Origin: Solirubrobacterales bacterium
GTDB lineage: Bacteria; Actinomycetota; Thermoleophilia; Solirubrobacterales; 70-9
Length of the DNA stretch: 35,363 bases
Reading direction: 5' to 3'
NCBI GenBank assembly: GCA_036519915.1
Contig: DATDKQ010000241.1
Location: forward strand, 1 to 35,363
Numbering within the stretch: the first letter of the stretch is position 1; each line of letters opens with the position of its first letter. The position numbers were made by a program, and so were the translations under genes. Shown here in pieces: positions 29,939-35,363 of this stretch. Under the pieces are notes generated by a model. It was not told the DNA's origin, made no database searches, and saw only the letters and a list, made by a program, of their open reading frames with translations.

Positions 29939-31246
29939 TTAGCTGCTGGTGACCGGTTCGGCCGTCGTCGCGAGCCGCTCGATCAGCTCGGCGGCGCGCT
30001 CGTTGCCGGGGCTGGCCTGCAGCCGCTTCGATACCCCGTCGAGGCGAGCGCGAAGGTCGGAGTCGGCGAGCAGCCTGTCGATCGTCTCCCAAAGATCCCG
30101 TCGCTCGAACGAGTAAGTCGGCAGCCGGGTGCCGAAGCCCGTCTCGTCGATCCGCTGGGCGTTGTCGTGCTGGTCCCAGAAGATCGGCAGCAGGATCATC
30201 GGCTTGCCGAAGTGCAGCGACTCGGTGGTGGTGTTGTTCCCGCCGTGTGTGATCACGAGGTCCACCTGCGGCAGTACCGAGACCTGCGGCAGGAACTCCT
30301 CTCCGACCATGTTCTCCGCGAGCTCGTACTCGGCGTGCTGGGGCCCCTTCGAGACGATGTAGCGCTGTGGTGTCTCGGCCAGCGCCGCGACAAGCCCCTT
30401 CATCAGCGGCACGTCCCCCGACCCGAGCGACCCGAGGCTGACGTAGACGAGCGACCCGCTCCGGTCGGCCAGCTCCGAGGGGATGGTCCACTCGGCATCG
30501 GTAGTGCGCACGCTTGATTCGAGGTTGTGCCAGGTCGGCCCGAGGGAGATCGGGCGCCGATAGTCGACCTCGCGCGGATAGAGGTAGAGGTTGAGCCAGG
30601 GAGACTCGTGGATCATCTCCCCGTCGGGGAGGGGCGGGGCGCCGCGCTCGGTGCAGAACTGGCTGAAGTCACCCTGCATCTCGTCGATCGCCCGCCGGTA
30701 CTCGGACCGGTACCGCTCCCAGTCCGAGCTGTCATCGATCGCCAGTCCCGTGTACGGCGGCGGCAGGTCCGGGTCTTTCAGCTCCAGCGGGTTGCAGGAG
30801 ACGATCCGCACCCACGGGCGGCCGCTCGCGGGTATCGCCGGAAACGCGCAGACGTTGTCCTCCACGATCGCGTCGGGTTGCAGCTCGTCGAAGATCTCGA
30901 CCAGGCGAGGGTCGACGTAGCGCGCACCGTCGATCAGCGCCTGCCAGGTGGGAGCCATGAACTCGCCGAGCTGGTCGAAGGTCGACTTCCTGAAGACCGG
31001 GGCGGTCTCCCGGATGAAGTCCTTCCAGAACTGGCCCGGCTCCTCCTCGACCTCGGGCGGCGGGGCGAGCCGCATCAGGCGCTCCTCGAACCCCTTCTCC
31101 TCGAGCGTCCCGGCGAAGGACTCCTCGATCACGAAGACGACGCGGTGGCCATTGCGCCTCAGGACCTCACCGATGCCGACGCAGTTGTTGGTCGGGCCGA
31201 AGGCCCCCTCGGGGAAGAAGACGATGGTCTTCGCCTCGGCTGGCAT
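29939..31246 (-). CDS. GT1-family UDP-glycosyltransferase (macrolide-glycosyltransferase/MGT type)
   Basis: The N-terminus is IVFFPEGAFGPTNNCVGIGEVLRRNGHRVVFV. The UDPGT signature is THGGNNTTTESLHFGKPMILLPIFWDQHDNAQRIDETGFG. ATG at 31246, TAA at 29939-29941. Confidence 0.85.
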   Translation of the reverse strand: MPAEAKTIVFFPEGAFGPTNNCVGIGEVLRRNGHRVVFVIEESFAGTLEEKGFEERLMRLAPPPEVEEEPGQFWKDFIRETAPVFRKSTFDQLGEFMAPTWQALIDGARYVDPRLVEIFDELQPDAIVEDNVCAFPAIPASGRPWVRIVSCNPLELKDPDLPPPYTGLAIDDSSDWERYRSEYRRAIDEMQGDFSQFCTERGAPPLPDGEMIHESPWLNLYLYPREVDYRRPISLGPTWHNLESSVRTTDAEWTIPSELADRSGSLVYVSLGSLGSGDVPLMKGLVAALAETPQRYIVSKGPQHAEYELAENMVGEEFLPQVSVLPQVDLVITHGGNNTTTESLHFGKPMILLPIFWDQHDNAQRIDETGFGTRLPTYSFERRDLWETIDRLLADSDLRARLDGVSKRLQASPGNERAAELIERLATTAEPVTSS

Positions 31247-31322
31247 CGGCGCCGGTCAGCGTATCGTTGGGTTCCCGCCTTCCGGGGTTCACTTCTCCCT
31301 CGATCGAGCCGATAAGGCGGAG
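31247..31322. promoter_or_regulatory. Divergent intergenic gap between the GT1 gene and the PilB-like ATPase gene
   Basis: Inferred from the divergent arrangement only. Confidence 0.3.
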
Positions 31323-33083
31323 GTGACCAAGACGACGGACACGCCTGCCGCAAGCGCGGCGGTGCCCAAGCCCATCCCCGGCCTCACCCCCGCTTCGGGC
31401 AACAAGGACCCCCGTCGGCGGCTCGGCGACGTCGCGGTCGACCTCGGCTTCGTCGACCGCGAGCTGATGGAACAGGTGATGGCCAAGGAACGCGAGGCGC
31501 ACGTCCCGATGGGAGCGCTCCTCGTCGAGGCCGGCCTGCTGGACTCGGCCCAGCTCGCCCGGGCCCTCGCCGAGCGCAATTCGCTCGCCTACGTCGACCT
31601 CAACGAGTTCGAGATGGACCAGGCCGCCGCGAACTTGATCGACGCTGCGGAGGCGCGGCGCTGCCGGGCGGTGCCGATCGCCTTTCTCGCAGAGGACGTG
31701 CTCCTGGTGGCCACCGCCGACCCTGCGAACGTGCTCGGCGCCGACGACATCGCCCTGGCGACCGGCCGTGAGGTCCGGCGGGCGATCGCCACACCGGAGG
31801 GCATCGAGGCGCTGATCGGCAGGCTCTCGAAGCTGAGCGGGTCTGTGAAGGAGATCAAGGAGGATGCGGACTCGGAGACGGAGGACGGGACCAAGCTGGT
31901 CGAGCTGCGCGCCCTGGGGGAGGAGGCCCCCGTGGTCAAGCTGGTGCACTCGCTGATCGCCGACGCCGTCACCCGCGGCGCCTCTGACGTCCATTTCGAC
32001 CCGAGCAGGGGAGCGATGCAGATCCGCTACCGGGTGGACGGAGTGATGATCGACTCGACCACCGTCCCCAAAAGCCTCGTTGCGGGGCTCATCTCGCGGA
32101 TCAAGATCATGACCGAGCTGGACATCGCCGAGCGCCGGATCCCCCAGGACGGCCGGGTCGCCCTCACCGTCGACGGTAACCACATCGACATTCGGGTCTC
32201 GACACTGCCGGTGATCCGCGGCGAGTCGGTGGTGATGCGGATCCTCGACAAGGGGCGCGTCGTGCTCGAGCTGGGGGCGCTCGGGATGCGGGATGCGGAC
32301 CGCGAGAAGCTGCTGCGCTCGGTGGGACAGACCCAGGGCGCCGTACTCGCGACGGGCCCCACCGGGGCCGGGAAGACGACCACGCTCTACGCACTGCTGA
32401 ACGCGGTCAACAATCCGCAGAAAACTCTGATCAGCATCGAGGACCCGGTGGAGTACGAGCTGGAGGGGGTGAAGCAGATCCACGTCAACCCGGGCGCCGG
32501 ATTGACGTTCGCCTCGGGCCTTCGGGCCATGGTGCGGTCGGATCCGGACACCCTGATGGTCGGCGAGATCCGCGACCGCGAAACGGCACAGGTGGCGATG
32601 GAGGCCGCCCTGACCGGTCACCTGGTGCTCTCGACGCTGCACACCAACGACGCCTCGCTCGCGGCCGCCCGCCTGATCGACATGGGGGTCGAGCCCTTCC
32701 TGATGGCGTCCTCGATCGAATGCATCGTCGCGCAGCGACTTGCCCGCCGGCTCTGCCCTGGGTGCAGGAAGCCCGCCAAGCTCAGCCCGGAGGAGCTCCT
32801 GGAGATCGGTGTCACCGACGGCGGGGGCGAGATCTGCGAGCCGGTCGGCTGCGTCACGTGCAACCACACCGGCTACGTGGGGCGGGTCGGCCTCTACGAG
32901 GTGCTGGTGCTGAACGATGAGATCCGCTCGCTGATCCTCTCCAAGGCCTCCAGCGGGGAGATCGAGGAAGCGGCCGTGGTGGCGGGCATGCACAGGCTCC
33001 GCGACGACGGCCTCGAGAAGGTGTGCGAAGGCGTCACCTCGCTCGCCGAGGTCCTGCGGGTCCTCGGCAACTCCGCGAGCTAG
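31323..33083 (+). CDS. Type II secretion / type IV pilus assembly ATPase (GspE/PilB/MshE family) with an MshEN-like N-terminal domain
   Basis: Walker A is GPTGAGKTTTLYA. Other motifs are LMVGEIRDRETA, the His box GHLVLSTLHTNDA, and the tetracysteine CPGC...CVTC. GTG 31323 is the only canonical in-frame start that lies after the divergent gene and before the N-terminal domain; the track start at 30948 lies inside the GT1 gene. Confidence 0.88.
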   Translation: MTKTTDTPAASAAVPKPIPGLTPASGNKDPRRRLGDVAVDLGFVDRELMEQVMAKEREAHVPMGALLVEAGLLDSAQLARALAERNSLAYVDLNEFEMDQAAANLIDAAEARRCRAVPIAFLAEDVLLVATADPANVLGADDIALATGREVRRAIATPEGIEALIGRLSKLSGSVKEIKEDADSETEDGTKLVELRALGEEAPVVKLVHSLIADAVTRGASDVHFDPSRGAMQIRYRVDGVMIDSTTVPKSLVAGLISRIKIMTELDIAERRIPQDGRVALTVDGNHIDIRVSTLPVIRGESVVMRILDKGRVVLELGALGMRDADREKLLRSVGQTQGAVLATGPTGAGKTTTLYALLNAVNNPQKTLISIEDPVEYELEGVKQIHVNPGAGLTFASGLRAMVRSDPDTLMVGEIRDRETAQVAMEAALTGHLVLSTLHTNDASLAAARLIDMGVEPFLMASSIECIVAQRLARRLCPGCRKPAKLSPEELLEIGVTDGGGEICEPVGCVTCNHTGYVGRVGLYEVLVLNDEIRSLILSKASSGEIEEAAVVAGMHRLRDDGLEKVCEGVTSLAEVLRVLGNSAS

Positions 33084-33110
33084 CTCCGCCAGGCGACGAC
33101 CGTACTTTTT

Positions 33111-34844
33111 TTGGCTGCAAACTCAGTAGTTCGCCCCGTAGCTGGGGAGCTCGCAGGGTGCGACTATTGCACCCTGCCTCGGCTCAGGCCCTCCCATGCG
33201 CGCCCGAGGGGCAACCTCGGGAAGCTGGTCGCCCTCCTGGCTGCGCTGGCTGCGCTGGCGTTCCCCTGCGCGGCGCTCGCCGAACCGGGCGAGTACCTCG
33301 GCTACGCGAAGTCCTCGTCGATGTACTCGAACGCGACGGACACCGTCAACGGACAGTCGCAGCCCGCGACCCTGCTCCGACTCCAGAGCCAGAGGTTCAC
33401 GGTTCGCTCCGTCCCGCTCGGGACGATCAAGGCCGGCGAGACGATCAAGGCCCTCTCGGAGGCCGAGGTCACCAACGACCTGGTCACCAGGGACGCCTCG
33501 GGCAACAACGTCTACCACGACGTCGGGGTGGAGGCTGCCCTGATCATCGCGACCTCTCCGACGGCGACCACCGGGATCGAGGTCGGGGAGTCACAGGGCA
33601 CGACGGTCACCCCCCAGGTCCATCATTGGACGTTCGAGAAGTCGGGGACCTTCAGGGCCACCCAGAACTACAGCGGCCGCTATCTGAACCTGGTGATGTG
33701 GGCTTACAGCCCGGAGAACCTGACCCAGTGCTGGACCTTCCCCCGCTCCGTGCTACCCAGCCCGCAGCAGCCGCGGGACTGCGGCGTCGACGTCTACTAC
33801 GGCCGCGGGCACCTGAGCGTTCTCCGCGACGCCCCGTCGTCCGCCGCCCCGAGCGGAGCCACCCCCTTCTCCGTCCAGCAGTTCGACGGAGCGAGCATCC
33901 CGGAGGCATCGCCAACCGATGCTCCGATCACGTACGGTGGCCAGCCGGCCCAGTTGATCGTCGCGCTCGCCAGGCCGGTCGGGACCCTGAAGAAGGGCGA
34001 CATCCTCACCGCTTACTCCGAGCTCCAGGTCGACGCGAGGAACGCGGTCCGCAGCAACACCTATTGCAACGTGATGGTGGCGACCAAGCTCTACCTCTCA
34101 CCGAGTCCCAACTCCCTGAACGGGGCGGCGGAGATCGGGGCCGAGGGCGGGCAGAACTTCACTGGCCGCGAGGCGCGCCAGATCAAGACGCTCGAGCAAG
34201 GCGTCGTCCCGAGCTCGGCCACGTTCAAGCTGACCCAGGACTACACGAGCCCGATGTACGTCGTCCTGCGGGTCTGGACGGTCGGCAACTCCGCCTGCGA
34301 GCTCTACGGCAACGGCATCCGGGTCCAGTTGGGCCAGGCGCAGAGCTTCATGCACGTGATGCGCTACCGGCCGGAGGCGCAGGCGAAGCTGGTCGCCGAC
34401 ACCTACGACAGCGGCGACAACTCCGAGTGGGCGAGGGCGCTCAATGTGGTCACCGGGTCTCCCCTAGCCGTGTACTCGCTCCCGCTCCCGAAGCTCGCGC
34501 CGGGCCAGCTGATCGAGGCCCTCTCCGAGATGGAGGTGGACAGCGCCTACCAGCGAGCCGGCATTCATACGACGTTCGTCCTCGCCGACAGCCCGAGCGC
34601 CACCACCGGCACGAACCTCCAGACGGACAACTTCACCGAGGTGAATCCCTACATGGGGAGCCTGCCGATCCAGGACTCGACCGCCTGGGTCGTCCCGTCG
34701 GGAGTCAGCGGCACGAAATATCTGAACCTCGTCGCATACGCCCAGGGCCTCCAGACCCTGGGAACTGCGCCGGACAACAACGTCTCGATCGCCCCTGACG
34801 ACGGGCGTCTGGTCGTGCAGCGGTTTCGCCCGCCGGGTCGCTGA
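33111..34844 (+). CDS. Secreted protein built from three copies of an uncharacterised ~130-150-aa domain (start codon unresolved)
   Basis: The long ORF has coding-like composition. The signal-peptide core is GKLVALLAALAALAFPCAALA/EPGEY. There are three collinear repeats (see findings). TTG 33111 is the only canonical in-frame start, but it places a T7 tract and a 9-bp hairpin inside the coding sequence. Confidence 0.7.
   Translation: MAANSVVRPVAGELAGCDYCTLPRLRPSHARPRGNLGKLVALLAALAALAFPCAALAEPGEYLGYAKSSSMYSNATDTVNGQSQPATLLRLQSQRFTVRSVPLGTIKAGETIKALSEAEVTNDLVTRDASGNNVYHDVGVEAALIIATSPTATTGIEVGESQGTTVTPQVHHWTFEKSGTFRATQNYSGRYLNLVMWAYSPENLTQCWTFPRSVLPSPQQPRDCGVDVYYGRGHLSVLRDAPSSAAPSGATPFSVQQFDGASIPEASPTDAPITYGGQPAQLIVALARPVGTLKKGDILTAYSELQVDARNAVRSNTYCNVMVATKLYLSPSPNSLNGAAEIGAEGGQNFTGREARQIKTLEQGVVPSSATFKLTQDYTSPMYVVLRVWTVGNSACELYGNGIRVQLGQAQSFMHVMRYRPEAQAKLVADTYDSGDNSEWARALNVVTGSPLAVYSLPLPKLAPGQLIEALSEMEVDSAYQRAGIHTTFVLADSPSATTGTNLQTDNFTEVNPYMGSLPIQDSTAWVVPSGVSGTKYLNLVAYAQGLQTLGTAPDNNVSIAPDDGRLVVQRFRPPGR
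33153..33177 (+). promoter_or_regulatory. Perfect 9-bp stem-loop in the leader/5' region of the downstream secreted-protein gene
   Basis: gcagggtgc-gactatt-gcaccctgc lies 41 nt after a T7 tract (33106-33112). No U-tract follows it, so it is not a classical terminator. Confidence 0.4.
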
Positions 34845-34934
34845 TTCTGATCCGAGCCCGCCGGTCGATCTGAACCGCGACCGTTCGTCGTTAGGGTGAA
34901 GCGGCGAATCGCGCCGCCCAGAGAAGGAGAATTC

Positions 34935-35318
34935 ATGAAGTACGCGTTCACGATCTACACCGATGAGTCTCAACGGGAGAACGCCACGCCCGAGCAGATG
35001 GAGCAGGTCAGCCAGGCGTACGGCGCCGTCACCCAGGAAATGCAGGAGAAGGGCATCTTGGTGGCCGGCGACGGCCTCTATCCGACCGCGACCGCGACGA
35101 CCGTCCGCGTCCGGGACGGCGAGCGGACGGTGACCGACGGGCCCTTTGCGGAGACGAAGGAGCAGCTCGGCGGCTTCTACGTGCTGGACGTCAAGGACCT
35201 CGACGAGGCGATCGAGTGGGCGGCCAAGATCCCGGGCGCCCAGGCCGGATCCATCGAGATCCGCCCCGTCCTGGTCTACGACGAGTCCGGCAACATCGTG
35301 GAGCCGACGGCCGTCTGA
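34935..35318 (+). CDS. YciI-like (DGPF-motif) family protein
   Basis: AAGGAG lies 5 nt before ATG 34935. MKYAFTIYTDE...DGPFAETKEQLGGFYVLDVKDLDEAIEWAAKIP is the characteristic YCII/DGPF signature. Confidence 0.9.
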   Translation: MKYAFTIYTDESQRENATPEQMEQVSQAYGAVTQEMQEKGILVAGDGLYPTATATTVRVRDGERTVTDGPFAETKEQLGGFYVLDVKDLDEAIEWAAKIPGAQAGSIEIRPVLVYDESGNIVEPTAV

Positions 35319-35320
35319 CC

Positions 35321-35363
35321 GAGGTTCGGCCTGAGCTGGTCGATCGTCTGTTCCGGCACGAGT
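35321..35363 (+). CDS. Probable 5' end of an ECF-type sigma factor (the type usually paired with YciI-like genes), truncated by the window end
   Basis: The frame reads EVRPELVDRLFRHE. LFR.E resembles the N-terminal motif of the sigma factors that commonly follow DGPF/YciI genes. No canonical start codon could be placed (a CTG at 35315 is the nearest candidate), and only ~14 codons are visible. Confidence 0.35.

Noticed and set aside
30527-32993. ORFs 30527-31315 (+, 262 aa) and 31167-32993 (-, 608 aa) opposite the GT1 and PilB-like genes; also 33023-34798 (+, 591 aa) off-frame to the three-repeat gene
   Set aside because: The competing frames contain unambiguous UDPGT and Walker A/His-box signatures, or a signal peptide plus repeats. 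These ORFs are extreme Arg/Pro/Gly sequences.
4200-33083. A competence theme: TfoX_N protein (4200-4532), ComEA-type HhH (6497-6682) and PilB-like ATPase (31323-33083) in one window
   Set aside because: The three lie in different transcription units up to 27 kb apart. There is no ComEC, ComFA, pilin or DprA. Stand-alone TfoX_N proteins are widespread in non-competent actinobacteria. I treat this as coincidence unless comparative genomics shows linkage.
34901-34917. Hairpin gcggcg-aatcg-cgccgc between the three-repeat gene and the YciI-like gene, as a possible terminator
   Set aside because: The stem is only 6 bp, with no U-tract, and it lies immediately before the YciI SD. I cannot distinguish it from chance in GC-rich DNA.

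Overview
This is a 35.4-kb, gene-dense, high-G+C chromosomal segment that looks actinobacterial. The Cys/Lys-rich polybasic tails suggest Thermoleophilia/Solirubrobacterales-type genomes, but that is only an impression.

Left edge: the 3' fragment of an MMPL transporter, a small DUF6458-like membrane protein and a secreted polybasic protein. Next comes the conserved dnaX-ybaB-recR trio on the minus strand, then a TfoX_N-domain protein.

From about 4.6 to 29.65 kb there is a ~25-kb surface-glycan locus arranged around three divergent promoter gaps (about 9.35, 21.5 and 24.6 kb):
- Plus-strand block 4627-8251: a coiled-coil protein, a GT28-like glycosyltransferase (GT) fused to a ComEA-type HhH domain, and two tandem PF11316-like GT paralogs.
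- A lone CgeB-like GT on the minus strand.
- A very large secreted protein (LamG-like domain, PQQ-type sugar-dehydrogenase-like propeller, six Kelch repeats, polyproline, polybasic tail).
- Minus-strand block 21481-12524: a heparinase II/III-like protein, a helical-repeat GT4, a coiled-coil CgeB-like GT and a double GT4.
- A lone SAM methyltransferase.
- A lone Zn-ribbon/methyltransferase/BNR-propeller fusion.
- Plus-strand block 24646-29654: a GT4, a CE4-like deacetylase, a SAM methyltransferase, and a Wzx-type flippase with an HTH-like tail.

No priming phosphoglycosyltransferase, Wzy polymerase, chain-length or export protein, or NDP-sugar synthesis gene is visible in the window.

Right of the locus: a ~275-nt noncoding element closed by a 10-bp helix and full of hairpins, an MGT-type GT1, an orphan PilB/GspE/MshE-like ATPase, and a secreted protein built from three copies of an unrecognised domain whose start codon is unresolved. 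The window ends with a YciI-like gene and the first codons of a probable ECF sigma factor.

I saw no rRNA, tRNA, CRISPR array, transposase or integrase. Most long antisense or off-frame ORFs in the track are GC-composition artefacts.
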